Shown: in pieces, positions 25,003-36,521 of the stretch
How positions within the stretch are numbered: the stretch's first letter is position 1
How the letters are laid out: each line of letters opens with the position of its first letter
From: an uncultured delta proteobacterium
GTDB lineage: Bacteria > Desulfobacterota > BSN033 > UBA1163
Direction: 5' to 3'
DNA: 64,000 nt
Assembly: GCA_963828805.1 (NCBI GenBank)
Contig: CAWHGS010000021.1
Location: 26,974-90,973 of the forward strand
Notes under the pieces: model-generated
Told to the model about the DNA's origin: nothing
Databases searched by the model: none
Seen by the model: only the letters and a program-made list of their open reading frames with translations
Made by a program: the position numbers and the translations under genes

Positions 25003-25527
25003 ATGGACTGGACACTGCTTCTCAATTCAACTTTCGAGCCCCTAAAGGTCGTTCCCTGGAAAAAGGCCGTTGTCATGGTTTTGCTTGAGAAAGTAGAGGT
25101 TGTTGAAGAATACGATCGAATGATTCGGAGCATCAGCGCTGTGCTCAGGCTGCCTGCTGTCATCCGTTTGAACCGCTATATTAAAAAGGGAACTCCCATC
25201 ATCAAATTCTCCCGCCAGAACCTCTACATCCGAGACGGGGGAAGATGCCAGTATTGCGCATCTCCCTTTTCTCCGAAGGAACTGACCTATGACCACGTGA
25301 TTCCCCGGTCAAAGGGGGGGGAAACGGAATGGACCAATGTGGTCACCTGCTGTGTGAGATGTAATTTAAGAAAGGGAGGAAGAACACCTGAAGAGGCCGG
25401 AATGTTCCTGATTCGAAAACCAAAGGCACCCATCTGGATTCCCCTGATCACGATGAGTCTTGGCCTTAAAGAAACCCCGGAGCCTTGGAGGGATTATCTC
25501 TACCTCAACTCGAGATTGACCTACTAA
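25003..25527 (+). CDS. HNH endonuclease family protein
   Basis: CQYCASPFSPKELTYDHVIPRSKGGETEWTNVVTCCVRCNLRKGGR is the HNH/zinc-finger core. The N-terminus LLLNSTFEPLKVVPWKKAV is typical of this conserved ~170-aa family. The start is taken at the inner ATG downstream of the promoter. Confidence 0.85.
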   Translation: MDWTLLLNSTFEPLKVVPWKKAVVMVLLEKVEVVEEYDRMIRSISAVLRLPAVIRLNRYIKKGTPIIKFSRQNLYIRDGGRCQYCASPFSPKELTYDHVIPRSKGGETEWTNVVTCCVRCNLRKGGRTPEEAGMFLIRKPKAPIWIPLITMSLGLKETPEPWRDYLYLNSRLTY

Positions 25528-25612
25528 AATATTTGGAGAAGAACACCTCACTGCTTACCGAATCCTTCGAGATGCAGAGGGCATCGTTTGCTTGTGAGAA
25601 AGGGCGAAGGAG

Positions 25613-26131
25613 ATGAAATATCTTTGGGCTCCTTGGAGAATGGATTATATTTTGGAGCGGAGAGAAGAGGGTTGCCTCTTTTGCCGAAAGGTGACTGAGA
25701 GACGGGATCGAGCAAATCTCATCCTCTATCGAGGGGAATATAGTTTCGTGATGATGAACAAATTTCCATACAACAATGGCCATCTCATGGTTGTTCCGTA
25801 CCGTCACTGTCTCGACTTTGAAACTCTTCGCAGAAAAGAGACAGCGGAACTTTTCGACCTGTTAGGTGTGGCCACCCGGGTACTGAGGGATAACCTTCAT
25901 GCTCAGGGGTTTAATGTCGGAATCAATATCGGAAAGGAAGGAGGAGCGGGGGAAGATCATCTTCATATCCATGTCGTGCCGCGGTGGGCAGGCGATACCA
26001 ATTTTATGCCGATCCTTGGGGAAACAAAAATTATCCCTCAATACCTGGAAAAAACCTGTCAAACCCTTCATCTGGGATTCTGCAATCTTTTAAAGAGAAG
26101 GGTGAAACGGAAAGGATTGAACCGGAGATGA
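25613..26131 (+). CDS. HIT-family nucleotide hydrolase/phosphorylase
   Basis: Histidine triad HLHIHVVPRW, plus MNKFPYNNGHLMVVP. Confidence 0.85.
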   Translation: MKYLWAPWRMDYILERREEGCLFCRKVTERRDRANLILYRGEYSFVMMNKFPYNNGHLMVVPYRHCLDFETLRRKETAELFDLLGVATRVLRDNLHAQGFNVGINIGKEGGAGEDHLHIHVVPRWAGDTNFMPILGETKIIPQYLEKTCQTLHLGFCNLLKRRVKRKGLNRR

Positions 26132-26454
26132 AAACTTTCTTCTGGATGATCGTCTTTTTCTTTGTCGTCCTCTTTGCGATCCATTTTTCCCTGCAAAACG
26201 GACAGGAGGTGACCCTTCGGTACTCCTTGCTGAATTATCACTGGGAAATTCCTCCCATCCCTCTTTTCTTGATCGTCTTCCTCTCCATTTTCGCGGGCGT
26301 CCTGATCGGCGGCTTCGGAGACCTTTACAGGCGGTTTCAATTAAGAAGGGCTCTCCGTCAGAGACAGAAGACGATCGAAAAGCTGGAGAAGGAGGTTCAG
26401 ACCCTCCAGGGCCGGGTGTCGGCCCCCTCTTCTTTTGGCAACAGTGATCGGTAA
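26128..26454 (+). CDS. LapA-domain (DUF1049) small inner-membrane protein
   Basis: ATG 26128 overlaps the HIT stop (ATGA). Two TM helices are followed by a basic coiled-coil tail (RRALRQRQKTIEKLEKEVQTLQ). Confidence 0.6.
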   Translation: MKTFFWMIVFFFVVLFAIHFSLQNGQEVTLRYSLLNYHWEIPPIPLFLIVFLSIFAGVLIGGFGDLYRRFQLRRALRQRQKTIEKLEKEVQTLQGRVSAPSSFGNSDR

Positions 26455-26495
26455 ACCCTGAGCCTGGTTTAAGACCGAAAAGTCGTGCCTGCGGA

Positions 26496-27281
26496 ATGGG
26501 AGAAATGGATTTCTTCAGTGGCGATTCAAAATCAGTGGTGAATCCAAAAGACATGGTCAGGGCCTTTACCCATCAAAATGGGGAGGCCTCAGACGAGCTC
26601 TTTTTAGAAAACCTGGCATTGGTCACCTTCACCTCCCAAGATTTGCATTCACTTGTCCAATCCCCCCAACAGGCCCGCCTCATTGGAACGTGGAGAAACC
26701 GAAACCCTCGCATTTATCGTGGGCAGGGTTGGGTTGCAGTGCAATCTCCCTTGGGTGCTCCGGGCACGATTATGCTCTTAGAAGAACTGGTTGCCTTTGG
26801 AGTGAGGTGCATCATCCTCCTGGGTTACTGCGGAACAATCCAGAAGGGGGTCTTCCTGGGAGACCTGGTGCTTCCACTGGAGGCAATTCGAGAAGAAGGA
26901 ACCTCTTATCACTACCTTCCAAAGGGCGAGAAGAGTTTGCCGGACCTTGGGATTCAAAGAAGACTCTTCGATTCCCTGGACAGGATCGGAGTTCCACTCC
27001 ACCAGGGACCCATTTGGACGACCGACGCTCCCTATCGGGAAACAACGGAGAAGGTGAGACGATACCGAATGGAGGGCGTCTTGGCTGTAGAAATGGAGAT
27101 GGCGGCTGTCTTTGCTTTCGGAAAGGCGGCGAAAATATCCGTCGGGGCAATCCTCATTGTTTCCGATGAGGTCAGAGAGGAAGGATGGCAGATTGGGTTC
27201 TTCTCACCGCAAATCCGATCCACGAGAAAGCGGGTGATCGAAGCCATCATCCACCACCTTCCCGAGTTGGCCTGTCTATAA
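26496..27281 (+). CDS. Nucleoside phosphorylase (PNP_UDP_1) family protein
   Basis: LLGYCGT, EEGTSYHY and VEMEMAAVFAFGKAAKISVGAILIVSD match the uridine/purine nucleoside phosphorylase-I fold signatures. Confidence 0.7.
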   Translation: MGEMDFFSGDSKSVVNPKDMVRAFTHQNGEASDELFLENLALVTFTSQDLHSLVQSPQQARLIGTWRNRNPRIYRGQGWVAVQSPLGAPGTIMLLEELVAFGVRCIILLGYCGTIQKGVFLGDLVLPLEAIREEGTSYHYLPKGEKSLPDLGIQRRLFDSLDRIGVPLHQGPIWTTDAPYRETTEKVRRYRMEGVLAVEMEMAAVFAFGKAAKISVGAILIVSDEVREEGWQIGFFSPQIRSTRKRVIEAIIHHLPELACL

Positions 27282-27340
27282 ATTTCCCTTGCATCTAAAA
27301 GTGGATTATGGTATATTTACGTTGAAGTCAGGGTCTGCTG

Positions 27341-27368
27341 AAAAAGCGGGCAAAAAGCCCGCTTTTTT
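27341..27368 (+). terminator. Rho-independent terminator
   Basis: aaaaaGCGGGCaaaaaGCCCGCtttttt is a GC stem followed by a T6 tract. The flanking A-run makes it potentially bidirectional. Confidence 0.7.
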
Positions 27369-27401
27369 ATTAAACGGCTCCCTTTTTCAAGTGGTCAGGA
27401 C

Positions 27402-27863
27402 ATGGATCCTCAGGACGTCATCGAACGCGTTCATCGACTGGTAGGTCCCGTTTTGTTGAGTGGGGGATTAGAACTGGTAGAGGTCGAATATCGAAGGGAA
27501 GCGAGGGGTTGGGTTCTTCGGCTTTACGTCGATAAAGAAGGGGGAATAACGCTCGACGATTGCGCCCAAATCAGCCGGGAAATCGGAAGGAACCTGGATG
27601 TGGAGGATTTCATCACAACCCCCTATATTCTCGAGGTCTCCTCGCCTGGTTTAACGCGATCCCTGAAAACCGAAAAAGATTTCATGAGATATCGGGATTG
27701 CCTAGTCAAGGTAAGAACGAACCAACCGGTCGAAAATCGGAGACAATTTACGGGAAGGCTTCGAGGGGTCGCGGAAGAGGGGATTCAAATCGAAGTCGAT
27801 GGAAAGGTTTTTCTGCTTCCCTTGTCATTTATTGCCAAGGCCAATCTCGACATTGAATTTTAG
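27402..27863 (+). CDS. rimP: Ribosome maturation factor RimP
   Basis: 153 aa containing YILEVSSPGLTRSLK. It sits immediately upstream of nusA. Confidence 0.9.
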   Translation: MDPQDVIERVHRLVGPVLLSGGLELVEVEYRREARGWVLRLYVDKEGGITLDDCAQISREIGRNLDVEDFITTPYILEVSSPGLTRSLKTEKDFMRYRDCLVKVRTNQPVENRRQFTGRLRGVAEEGIQIEVDGKVFLLPLSFIAKANLDIEF

Positions 27864-27880
27864 AGACGGAGTGGAGTGTT

Positions 27881-29356
27881 ATGCCATCAAATCTTAACTT
27901 TATCATTGACCAGGTAGGAAAGGATAAGGGGATCGACCGGAAGGTGATCATCGAGGCTCTGGAGCAGGCCGTTTTGACGGCTTCCCGCAAGAAGTACGGC
28001 CATCAGGGAGAGATTGAGGTTCATTATAACGAGGAAGCAGGGGAGATTGAACTCTTTCAATTCAAGCAGGTCGTTGAAGAAGTGATGGACCCTTCGACCG
28101 AGATCTCTATCGTGGAAGCCCAGGAGCTGGATTCGGAGGCTCAAAACGGGGACAGTCTGGGGGTCAAGCTTACAACCGATTTTGGGCGTATCGGCGCTCA
28201 AACGGCCAAGCAGGTGATCATCCAGAAGGTTCGTGAAGCCGAACGTGAGAACGTCTTTAATGATTTTAAAGATCGAAAGGCAGATATCGTCAGCGGGAAC
28301 GTTCAGCGCATGGAGAAGGGGAATCTCTATGTCAATATCGGAAGAACAGAAGCCGTCCTTCTCTCAAAGGAACAGATCCCGGGTGAAGTGTATCGTCAAG
28401 GGGATCGACTTCGCGCCTATATCTTGGATGTCCAAAAGAATTCAAAGGGCGTACAGATCTTCCTCTCCCGGACCCATCCCGGATTCCTCGTCAAACTTTT
28501 CGAGAATGAAGTCCCTGAGATTTCGGAAGGGGTGATCAAGATCATCAGTGCTGCCCGGGAACCAGGGGAGAGGGCCAAGATTTCGGTTTATAGTTCTAAC
28601 CGCGATGTGGATCCCGTGGGAGCCTGCGTGGGAATGAGGGGTTCTCGAGTTCAGAGTGTGGTGCAGGAACTCCGGGGAGAAAGGATTGATATTATCCCTT
28701 GGGTCCAGGATCAGGCGAAATATATCTGCAATGCGTTGGCGCCCGCCAAGATTTCCAGGGTCTATATTGACGAAGAGAACCGACATATGGAGGTGATCGT
28801 TGCTGACGATCAACTCTCCCTGGCCATCGGGAAAAAGGGTCAGAATGTCCGCCTGGCCTCCAAATTGACGGGTTGGAAAATTGACATTAAAAGCGAATCG
28901 AAGATGGAAAAGATCTCTGGCGAGATCTTTGAAATGTTCAAACAACTTCCTTATATCGGCGATGTGACGAGTCGCATCCTCTACAATGAGGGGTTTCGTT
29001 CGATGAAGGAGATTTCCGAGGTCGATCCGGAAGAATTGGTGAGGATTCTGGAGATCGAAAAGGAGAAGGCCCTTGAGATTATCCGGCGCGCTTCTGAAGG
29101 ACCGGTAAAAGAGGGCTCCGAACCGACCCGCGAGGAAATTTCCGCTCCCTCCGGCCCAGCAGGGGACTCCGTCGATCGAATCGAAGGAGTGGGTGAAAAA
29201 ACGGCAGAAATTTTAAAAGCCAATGGGTTTCAGACGGTTCAGGATCTTTTGGGATCCGACGTCGAAAAGCTCTCCTCCCTTCCGGGAATTGGCCCCAAAA
29301 AGGCTGAAAAGTTGCTTCAATCCGCTCAACGGTTTATCGGGGGAGAGAAGGAATGA
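27881..29356 (+). CDS. nusA: Transcription termination/antitermination factor NusA
   Basis: S1 and two KH domains (ACVGMRGSRVQSVVQELRGERIDII, LAIGKKGQNVRLASKLTGWKIDI) plus C-terminal HhH repeats. Confidence 0.95.
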   Translation: MPSNLNFIIDQVGKDKGIDRKVIIEALEQAVLTASRKKYGHQGEIEVHYNEEAGEIELFQFKQVVEEVMDPSTEISIVEAQELDSEAQNGDSLGVKLTTDFGRIGAQTAKQVIIQKVREAERENVFNDFKDRKADIVSGNVQRMEKGNLYVNIGRTEAVLLSKEQIPGEVYRQGDRLRAYILDVQKNSKGVQIFLSRTHPGFLVKLFENEVPEISEGVIKIISAAREPGERAKISVYSSNRDVDPVGACVGMRGSRVQSVVQELRGERIDIIPWVQDQAKYICNALAPAKISRVYIDEENRHMEVIVADDQLSLAIGKKGQNVRLASKLTGWKIDIKSESKMEKISGEIFEMFKQLPYIGDVTSRILYNEGFRSMKEISEVDPEELVRILEIEKEKALEIIRRASEGPVKEGSEPTREEISAPSGPAGDSVDRIEGVGEKTAEILKANGFQTVQDLLGSDVEKLSSLPGIGPKKAEKLLQSAQRFIGGEKE

Positions 29357-29631
29357 ACCTCATGAGGCACGTTCCTATCCGAATGTGCATCGGATGTGGA
29401 AATCGGAGGACGAAGGGCGAGCTGATTCGATTTGGCCGGGAGGATTCTCGCTCCGTTTCGCTCGATGCCCGACGACACACGGGCAGAGGTTTTTATCTCT
29501 GTCCTGATCCGGCGTGCTTGAACACCGCTCGTAAAAAAATGAGGCGCCGCGGTTTTCTGGAGGGTGTGGATTTTGAGGTTTTAAAGTCCCGGATGGATCG
29601 GGAGAAGGAGAAGCGGGAGGAAGTGGAATGA
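29353..29631 (+). CDS. ylxR: YlxR/RnpM (DUF448) family RNA-binding protein
   Basis: [20 protein letters not shown] and GRGFYLC motifs, in the conserved position between nusA and infB. Confidence 0.85.
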   Translation: MNLMRHVPIRMCIGCGNRRTKGELIRFGREDSRSVSLDARRHTGRGFYLCPDPACLNTARKKMRRRGFLEGVDFEVLKSRMDREKEKREEVE

Positions 29632-32261
29632 CAAAGGTAAAAGTCCTCGATCTGGCGCGCGAAGTCGGGATGGAGGATGACAAGTTGCTCATGAAACTGA
29701 AGCGCATGGGCGTCAAGATGAAGGATAAGAAATCCGAGGAGCCCGAAATTGTAAAGCCCCTCTCCGATGAACGGGTCATTGGAAGGGACTCTGAGAAAGA
29801 GATCGTTGAGAAGCGCGTTAAGCCCACCGTGATTCGGAGGAGGACCCGAAACCTGGAGCAAAAGGTAGAGCCGGCTCCACCGGCCGAGATCCCATCGCCT
29901 CCCCCCGCTGTCCCTGAGCCGAAGGTTCAAGAGAAGAGGCCTCTCAAGGAGGCAGAAGGAACGGTCCAGGCAGCGGTGCCAAGGGAGGTCGCAGCCGGGA
30001 CCAAGGGGACGCAAAAAGGAAAAGCGGAAGGGGTCCAAGAAGCCCCGCTTCAGGCGGAGCCTCCGACAGAGGCAAAGGAAGTCACCCCGGTCCGTCCGGA
30101 AGAGAAGAGGGTTGTCCCTCCGCCCGTTCCTTCTCGAGAGGCTGAGAAGAGAATCGAGATCCACAAAGAGGGTCCTGTTCCCAGAATTCAGGAACCCAAG
30201 ATACCCCTCCCCAAAGTCGTGGAAACAAAGCCCAAGGAATCCGTGGAAGAGAAGAAAGAGATCCAACCTCCCCCCAAGAAAAAACTTTTGGACAAGGAGG
30301 AATCGGAGGCCCTTGCGGTAAAAAAGAAAGGATTCGTTAAGAAGAGAAGGATGATCGAGGAAAGGTTGCTGGTTGAGGGGGAACCCTTGGAGGAAGAGGT
30401 GCGGGTCGAGAAGGAGGGCGAACCTTTGCTCAAACCCTTTAGACCGGTGAGGAAGAAAGTGGTGGTCAGGGAATCGAAAAAGACCGAGGTGACGGTTCCA
30501 AAAGCGATTAAAAGGATTATCCGAATCGCTGAAATGATCACCGTCGGAGACCTTGCGAAACGGATGGGCGTCAAAGGCGGAGAATTGATCAAAAAACTGA
30601 TGGCCATGGGGATTCTTGTTAATATCAACCAGACCATTGATACGGATGTGGCCTCTCTCGTGGCGAGTGAATTTGGCTACGAAGTGGAAAAGGTTTCGTT
30701 GGAGCACGAGGACCTTTTGGAGCGAAGGGAAGACCAACCCGAACAGCTTAAACCCAGACCCCCCGTCGTCACGATCATGGGCCATGTGGACCATGGCAAG
30801 ACCATGCTTCTCGATGCGATCCGGAAGACGAACGTGGTAGACGGAGAGGCCGGGGGAATCACGCAGCATATCGGTGCTTACGATGTGGAACTCGAGAAGG
30901 GCCATGTGGTTTTTATCGATACTCCCGGTCACGAAGCTTTTACTGCGATGAGAGCGAGAGGCGCCCAGGTGACGGATATCGTGGTGCTTGTCGTGGCTGC
31001 CGATGACGGTGTGATGCCTCAGACCAGGGAGGCGATTGATCATGCACGGGCGGCCAAAGTGCCCATCGTGGTGGCCATCAACAAGGTGGATAAACCGAGT
31101 GCCAATCCGGAAAAAGTGATGAAGGATCTGGCCGATTACGCTCTGATCCCAGAAAAATGGGGAGGCAGTACGCTCTTTGCGGAAGTTTCGGCAAAGCAGA
31201 AGAAGGGGATCAAAGAACTCCTCGAATTGATTCTTCTCCAAGCCGAGATGCTCGAGCTTCAGGCCAACCCGAACAAGACTGCTCGGGGCGTAATCATCGA
31301 GGCAAAACTGGACCGGGGGAGAGGTCCCGTGGCTACGCTTCTCGTTCAGGAGGGAACGCTCAAGGCAGGGGATGCGTTTATTGCCGGGTCTCATTATGGA
31401 AGGGTGAGGGCCATGTTGAATGACAGGGGCTATAAGATCGAAGATGCGCCTCCCTCGATACCCGTCGAGGTTGTGGGTTTCTCGGATGTCCCGGAAGCCG
31501 GGGAGACCTTTATCGTGATCCCCGACGAACGGTTGGCGAGACAGATCAGCCTGCATCGGCAAGAAAAGGTGCGCGAAAAAGAACTCGCAAAACTGAGTAA
31601 AGTTTCACTGGAAGAGCTCTATGATCAGATCAAGAAGGGGGAAGTGAAGGAACTCAACGTCATCATTAAAGCTGATGTTCAGGGATCGATTGAGGCCATA
31701 AGAGAAGCTTTGAGAAAACTCTCTGCGGATACCGTTAAGGTCAATGTGCTCCATGAAGGGGTGGGTGGAATTACCGAAACCGATGTCAATTTGGCCTCGG
31801 CCTCCAATGCGATTATTATCGGATTCAATGTCCGGCCGGTCACCAATGCTCAATCGCTTGCAGAGAGAGAACACGTTGATGTCCGAACCTATTCCATCAT
31901 TTATGATGCCATCAACGATGTTAAAAAGGCTTTAGAGGGCCTCCTCGAACCCACCTATCGGGAACGTTTCCTTGGAAGGGCGCAGGTGATTCAGGTCTTT
32001 AGCGTCCATAAGATAGGGATGATTGCAGGGAGCGTCGTGACCGACGGGAAGGTCGTGCGAGGGTCCCACGCCAGGCTTCTTCGGGATAACGTGATTGTTT
32101 ATAACGGCAAGATTGGTTCCCTCCGGCGCTTCAAGGATGACATGAAAGACTGCAGCCAGGGCCTTGAATGCGGTATTGGAATCGAGAATTTTAACGATGT
32201 GAAACTCGGGGATATCATCGAGTCCTATGACGTTGAGGAAATTCGTCCCCAACTGGCCTGA
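29628..32261 (+). CDS. infB: Translation initiation factor IF-2
   Basis: 877 aa. G domain [29 protein letters not shown]. Lys/Glu/Pro-rich N-terminal extension. Confidence 0.95.
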   Translation: MTKVKVLDLAREVGMEDDKLLMKLKRMGVKMKDKKSEEPEIVKPLSDERVIGRDSEKEIVEKRVKPTVIRRRTRNLEQKVEPAPPAEIPSPPPAVPEPKVQEKRPLKEAEGTVQAAVPREVAAGTKGTQKGKAEGVQEAPLQAEPPTEAKEVTPVRPEEKRVVPPPVPSREAEKRIEIHKEGPVPRIQEPKIPLPKVVETKPKESVEEKKEIQPPPKKKLLDKEESEALAVKKKGFVKKRRMIEERLLVEGEPLEEEVRVEKEGEPLLKPFRPVRKKVVVRESKKTEVTVPKAIKRIIRIAEMITVGDLAKRMGVKGGELIKKLMAMGILVNINQTIDTDVASLVASEFGYEVEKVSLEHEDLLERREDQPEQLKPRPPVVTIMGHVDHGKTMLLDAIRKTNVVDGEAGGITQHIGAYDVELEKGHVVFIDTPGHEAFTAMRARGAQVTDIVVLVVAADDGVMPQTREAIDHARAAKVPIVVAINKVDKPSANPEKVMKDLADYALIPEKWGGSTLFAEVSAKQKKGIKELLELILLQAEMLELQANPNKTARGVIIEAKLDRGRGPVATLLVQEGTLKAGDAFIAGSHYGRVRAMLNDRGYKIEDAPPSIPVEVVGFSDVPEAGETFIVIPDERLARQISLHRQEKVREKELAKLSKVSLEELYDQIKKGEVKELNVIIKADVQGSIEAIREALRKLSADTVKVNVLHEGVGGITETDVNLASASNAIIIGFNVRPVTNAQSLAEREHVDVRTYSIIYDAINDVKKALEGLLEPTYRERFLGRAQVIQVFSVHKIGMIAGSVVTDGKVVRGSHARLLRDNVIVYNGKIGSLRRFKDDMKDCSQGLECGIGIENFNDVKLGDIIESYDVEEIRPQLA

Positions 32262-32325
32262 TGCCTCATTGGATTTCAGGAGACCGTAGGAAGAGAGGAT
32301 ATTCCGGGTTCCGGTGAGATGGAAG

Positions 32326-32613
32326 ATGGTGATTGGAGTTTGTCGAATTCACCTCCGCATCCCGGAGAACCATTCGTTGAAGGAAAAGCGCCATGTGATC
32401 CGAAAATTGATCGATCGGGTCAGACACCGGTTCAACGTGGCGATCTCGGAGGTGGACGACAACGATCTGTGGCAGCGGGCCCAGATTGGTTTCTGTACGG
32501 TTGGGAACGACCGTCGTTTCGTCAACTCGAGTCTCGACAAGATCATCGATTTTATCGAGAAGATGTACCTTGCGGAAGTGATTGAAAAAGAGATGGAAAT
32601 TATTACCGTTTGA
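32326..32613 (+). CDS. DUF503 (YlxP-like) protein
   Basis: MVIGVCRIHLRIPENHSLKEKRHVIRKLIDRVRHRFNVAISEV is the typical DUF503 pattern. It lies between infB and rbfA. The start could be 32314 or 32326. Confidence 0.8.
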   Translation: MVIGVCRIHLRIPENHSLKEKRHVIRKLIDRVRHRFNVAISEVDDNDLWQRAQIGFCTVGNDRRFVNSSLDKIIDFIEKMYLAEVIEKEMEIITV

Positions 32614-32692
32614 CCGGAACGTGCCCCGTCCCGCTCTTTGCGGGATAGGCGGGGTCAAGGGGCGCAATGTGAAACGAAATCACCCTAGGGGG

Positions 32693-32720
32693 AAGCCCCG
32701 GCCTGTGGCCGGGGAGCTTC
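32693..32720 (+). repeat. GC-rich hairpin inside the infB-rbfA operon
   Basis: gaagCCCCGGCCtgtGGCCGGGGagcttc has an 8-bp perfect core stem extended by gaag/cttc. No T tract follows. Confidence 0.6.
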
Positions 32721-32738
32721 ACGTGCGCAGGAAAAAAG

Positions 32739-33113
32739 ATGGAAGGGAAACGGTCCGAAAGAGTTGCTGATTTAGTTCGGAAAGAAATCTCCGAAATGCT
32801 GGTGAGGACGATTAAGGATCCTCGTATCGGCTTTGTCACCATCACCCGCGTGACCGTTACCGATGATTGCCGATCGGCCAGGATCTATTACAGCGTGGTG
32901 GGGTCCCCTGATGAAAGGGAGCAATCCCTGGAGGGACTCAACAGTGCAAAAGGATACATTCGAAGAGAGCTCGGCCACCGAATGAAGTTGAAATACACTC
33001 CGGAAATCGTCTTCCAGTTCGATCCGTCGGTCGAATATGCTGTTCACATGGGAGAGTTGATCCATCACCTCCAGGAAGAAAGAGAAAAGAAAGAGGGAGA
33101 CCATGGGGATTGA
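32739..33113 (+). CDS. rbfA: Ribosome-binding factor A
   Basis: RSERVADLVRKEISEML..KDPRIGFVTITRVTVTDDCRSARIYYSV. Confidence 0.9.
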   Translation: MEGKRSERVADLVRKEISEMLVRTIKDPRIGFVTITRVTVTDDCRSARIYYSVVGSPDEREQSLEGLNSAKGYIRRELGHRMKLKYTPEIVFQFDPSVEYAVHMGELIHHLQEEREKKEGDHGD

Positions 33114-34048
33114 TGGGTTTCTCGATCGTGGATAAACCCGAAGGGATCACTTCCCTCGATGTGGTCCGTCAGGTCAAACGACGACTGGGGATCAAGAAGG
33201 CAGGTCATGTGGGAACCCTCGATCCTTTTGCCACAGGGGTACTTCCAGTGGCTCTTGGCGAGGGAACGAGACTGATTCCTTTTTTGAGCGAGGAACCCAA
33301 GCGGTACGAGGGAACTCTAAAATTAGGGGAGGAAACGACGACAGACGACCCCACAGGCGAGGTCATTTCGAGGAGGCCTTGGACAGGGGTAACCCCGGAA
33401 GAGCTCCGGAAGGCCTTCCAATCCTTCTCGGGAAAGATTCTGCAGATCCCCCCCATGTTCTCAGCGGTTAAAATGGCAGGAAAACCTCTCTACCGGCTCG
33501 CCCGAAAGGGACTGGTGATTGAACGCAAGGAGCGCGAGGTTCATATCTTTCACCTCCAAATTGAGGGGGTGGATCTTCCTCATGTTCAATTTCAGGTTTC
33601 GTGTTCGAAGGGAACTTATGTTCGTGCCCTCGCAAAAGATATTGGTCGTGAGATTGGATGCGGTGCTCACTTGACCCATCTGCGGAGGGTTCAAAGCGGG
33701 CTCTTCTCAATCGAGAAAGCGCTGTCATGGGAGGAAGTAAAGGACTTAGAACCCGAGAAGCTTCGGCTAAGGGTTCTCCCTTTGGAAGAGGCCTTACCCG
33801 GTCTCCCGGAGGTGATTGGAGATCAGCGAATAGTACAAAAGGTTCGTCTGGGACAGGGAATGCGGGTTCGGGATCTCTCATCCCAATTTCCTCCAGAATT
33901 TGATCAGGGGAAGTGGATCAAGATCACGGCTCCCGGAGAGGGGTTGGTTGCTATTCTAAAATCGGAGGTCAAACACAGCGACATCCCATGGGCGCAAGGG
34001 GATTCCGTCGTATTTCGGCCTCTCAGAGTCTTTCATGCAAAGCCTTGA
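33110..34048 (+). CDS. truB: tRNA pseudouridine(55) synthase
   Basis: KPEGITSLDVV, AGHVGTLDPFATGVLPVALGEGTR (catalytic Asp) and QIPPMFSAVK. Confidence 0.9.
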   Translation: MMGFSIVDKPEGITSLDVVRQVKRRLGIKKAGHVGTLDPFATGVLPVALGEGTRLIPFLSEEPKRYEGTLKLGEETTTDDPTGEVISRRPWTGVTPEELRKAFQSFSGKILQIPPMFSAVKMAGKPLYRLARKGLVIERKEREVHIFHLQIEGVDLPHVQFQVSCSKGTYVRALAKDIGREIGCGAHLTHLRRVQSGLFSIEKALSWEEVKDLEPEKLRLRVLPLEEALPGLPEVIGDQRIVQKVRLGQGMRVRDLSSQFPPEFDQGKWIKITAPGEGLVAILKSEVKHSDIPWAQGDSVVFRPLRVFHAKP

Positions 34049-34078
34049 ATATCGATCATGTGAAAAGGAGAGAAACGT

Positions 34079-34348
34079 ATGGCACTTGTTCTGGAGAAAA
34101 CGAAGGAGATCATTGACCAGTTCAGAACTCATGAAAAAGATACCGGGTCACCTGAGGTTCAGGTGGCGCTTCTCAGCGAGCGAATCCGATATCTCACGGA
34201 ACACTTCAAGACCCACAAACGGGACCACCATTCGCGAAGGGGCCTTTTGAAACTGGTGGGACAGAGGAAGAGACTTCTGAACTATCTCAAAGAGAATAAG
34301 GTCGATCGGTATCGCCAGATCATCGATAAACTGGGTCTACGAAAGTGA
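34079..34348 (+). CDS. rpsO: 30S ribosomal protein S15
   Basis: 89 aa containing [50 protein letters not shown]. Confidence 0.95.
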   Translation: MALVLEKTKEIIDQFRTHEKDTGSPEVQVALLSERIRYLTEHFKTHKRDHHSRRGLLKLVGQRKRLLNYLKENKVDRYRQIIDKLGLRK

Positions 34349-34405
34349 TCTCCGGAGGAGATATTCTTGCGAGCCCCAACCCAATAAAAGGAGTGAAAAA
34401 AAATT

Positions 34406-36511
34406 ATGGTTGAGAAGTCGCACGTCGATTTTGGTGGAAGGACCCTCTCCATTGAAACAGGAAGAGTGGCCAAACAGGCCAATGGTGCTGCCCTGGTCCA
34501 ATATGGAGAAACCGTTGTCCTGGTCACGGCGGTCACCGCTAATGAGAAACGGGAAGGGATCGATTTCGTTCCCCTGACGGTCAATTACCAGGAGATGACC
34601 TATGCTGCGGGAAGGATCCCCGGGGGGTTTTTCAAGAGAGAGGGAAGACCCACGGATCACGAGACCCTGATCTCTCGCTTTATCGACCGCCCGCTGCGCC
34701 CCCTCTTTCAAAAAGGCTTTCGATACGAGACGCAGATCATCGCCACCGTTCTCTCGGCGGACACGGATAATGAGCCGGCGATCTTGGGGATGATCGGTGC
34801 GTCTGCAGCCCTCACCTTTTCCGGGGTTCCCTTCGGGGGTCCGATTGCAGGAGCCAGGGTAGGCCGGATTGATGGAGAATTTGTGCTCAATCCCACACAC
34901 GAAGAACTCGGGATGAGCGACATTGACCTCTTTGTGGCCGGGAGCGAAGATGCCATCATCATGGTGGAAGGGAGTGCCCGAGAGGTGAGGGAGGCGGAAG
35001 TGCTGGAGGCCATCCTCTTCGGGCATCACTCGCTGAAACCCGTCATTGATCTTCAGAGAGGGATTGCGCGGGCCCTTGGAACAAAGCCAAAGGATTATGA
35101 TATCCGTAAACTGGATGAAGCAATTTATGCAAACGTGGAGAAGGCGGTCGGAGAACAGCTCGTGGATGCGTATCGCATTTCAGAGAAGATCAAGAGAAGG
35201 GAACGTGTGGAGGAGATCTTCCAGTCCGGTCTTCGTGATTCGGGGGCTGAGGATGAGGCTTCTCAGAAGATGGTCAAGGTGGCCTTTGAGGATCTGGACC
35301 GTAAACTGATGCGAAAGCTCATTTTGGGTCAAAGAAAGAGGATCGATGGAAGGGGGCTGGCAGAGATCCGTCCCATTTCCTGCGAAGTGGGAATCCTTCC
35401 GAGGACCCACGGTTCCGCGCTCTTTACGCGAGGAGAGACTCAGGTCCTTGCCGTCGTCACCTTTGGTACCTCTGAAGATGAACAAAAGATCAACTCCCTC
35501 ATGGGGGAGACCTATAAGTCCTTTATGCTCCACTATAATTTCCCTCCTTTTTCTGTCGGAGAAGTTTCTCCGCTTCGGTCTCCGAGCCGGAGGGAGATCG
35601 GCCATGGAGCCTTGGCGGAAAAGGCGATCCTGCCCATCCTTCCTTCCGATGAGAAATTCCCTTACACGATACGGATTGTCTCGGAGGTCTTGGAATCGAA
35701 CGGGTCCTCTTCGATGGCAACGGTCTGCGGTTCAACCCTGTCTTTGATGGATGCCGGCGTCCCGATCAAAGCGCCTGTGGCTGGAATTGCCATGGGTTTG
35801 ATCCTGGAAGGAAACGAAACCGCTATTCTCTCCGATATCCTCGGGGATGAAGATCATATCGGGGATATGGACTTCAAGGTGGCGGGAACAGCGGAGGGAG
35901 TCACCGCAATTCAGATGGACATCAAGATACGGGGAATTTCGAAGCCGATCATGCAGCAGGTTCTTGAACAGGCCCGAGAGGGAAGACTCCATATCCTCGG
36001 AAAGATGAAGGAGACGATTGCCCAACCCCGGAAAGACCTCTCCCCTCATGCACCGAGGATCATCACCTTGCAGGTTAAACAGGAAAAGATCCGTGATATC
36101 ATCGGCCCGGGCGGCAAAACGATCCGCAGTATTGTCGAGCAGACTGGCGTGAAGGTCGATGTCGAAGATTCTGGAGTCGTGAAACTCGCCTCGCCCAATT
36201 ACGAATCGATCGATAAGGCCATTGCCATGATCAAGCAACTCACCCAGGAAGTGGAGATCGGAGGGTTCTATACGGGGAAGGTCCGGCGGATTCTCGGTTT
36301 TGGAGCAATCGTTGAACTCTTCCCTGGAACGGACGGACTGGTCCATATCTCTCAATTGGCAGAAGAACATGTGAAAGAGGTCACTGATGTGTTGAAAGAG
36401 GGAGACGATGTGCTCGTCAAGGTGATCGATATCGATCCTCAGGGCCGAATTCGATTGAGCCGAAAGGCGGCCTTAAAAGAGAAGCCAGGCGAAACACGGG
36501 ATAAGGGATAG
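34406..36511 (+). CDS. pnp: Polyribonucleotide nucleotidyltransferase (PNPase)
   Basis: 701 aa with two RNase PH domains ([20 protein letters not shown]), a KH domain ([10 protein letters not shown]) and an S1 domain ([19 protein letters not shown]). Confidence 0.95.
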   Translation: MVEKSHVDFGGRTLSIETGRVAKQANGAALVQYGETVVLVTAVTANEKREGIDFVPLTVNYQEMTYAAGRIPGGFFKREGRPTDHETLISRFIDRPLRPLFQKGFRYETQIIATVLSADTDNEPAILGMIGASAALTFSGVPFGGPIAGARVGRIDGEFVLNPTHEELGMSDIDLFVAGSEDAIIMVEGSAREVREAEVLEAILFGHHSLKPVIDLQRGIARALGTKPKDYDIRKLDEAIYANVEKAVGEQLVDAYRISEKIKRRERVEEIFQSGLRDSGAEDEASQKMVKVAFEDLDRKLMRKLILGQRKRIDGRGLAEIRPISCEVGILPRTHGSALFTRGETQVLAVVTFGTSEDEQKINSLMGETYKSFMLHYNFPPFSVGEVSPLRSPSRREIGHGALAEKAILPILPSDEKFPYTIRIVSEVLESNGSSSMATVCGSTLSLMDAGVPIKAPVAGIAMGLILEGNETAILSDILGDEDHIGDMDFKVAGTAEGVTAIQMDIKIRGISKPIMQQVLEQAREGRLHILGKMKETIAQPRKDLSPHAPRIITLQVKQEKIRDIIGPGGKTIRSIVEQTGVKVDVEDSGVVKLASPNYESIDKAIAMIKQLTQEVEIGGFYTGKVRRILGFGAIVELFPGTDGLVHISQLAEEHVKEVTDVLKEGDDVLVKVIDIDPQGRIRLSRKAALKEKPGETRDKG

Positions 36512-36521
36512 GGGAAGACGC

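Noticed and set aside
29493-31562. 689-aa ORF on the minus strand, the longest unexplained ORF in the track
   Set aside because: It lies entirely antisense to infB, whose IF-2 identity is unambiguous. Its product is low-complexity (R/L/F/G-rich) with no motif, typical of a shadow ORF. The same reasoning applies to 39607..40560(-), 16867..17667(-), 36531..37181(-), 35732..36370(-), 57089..57742(+) and 14790..15362(-).
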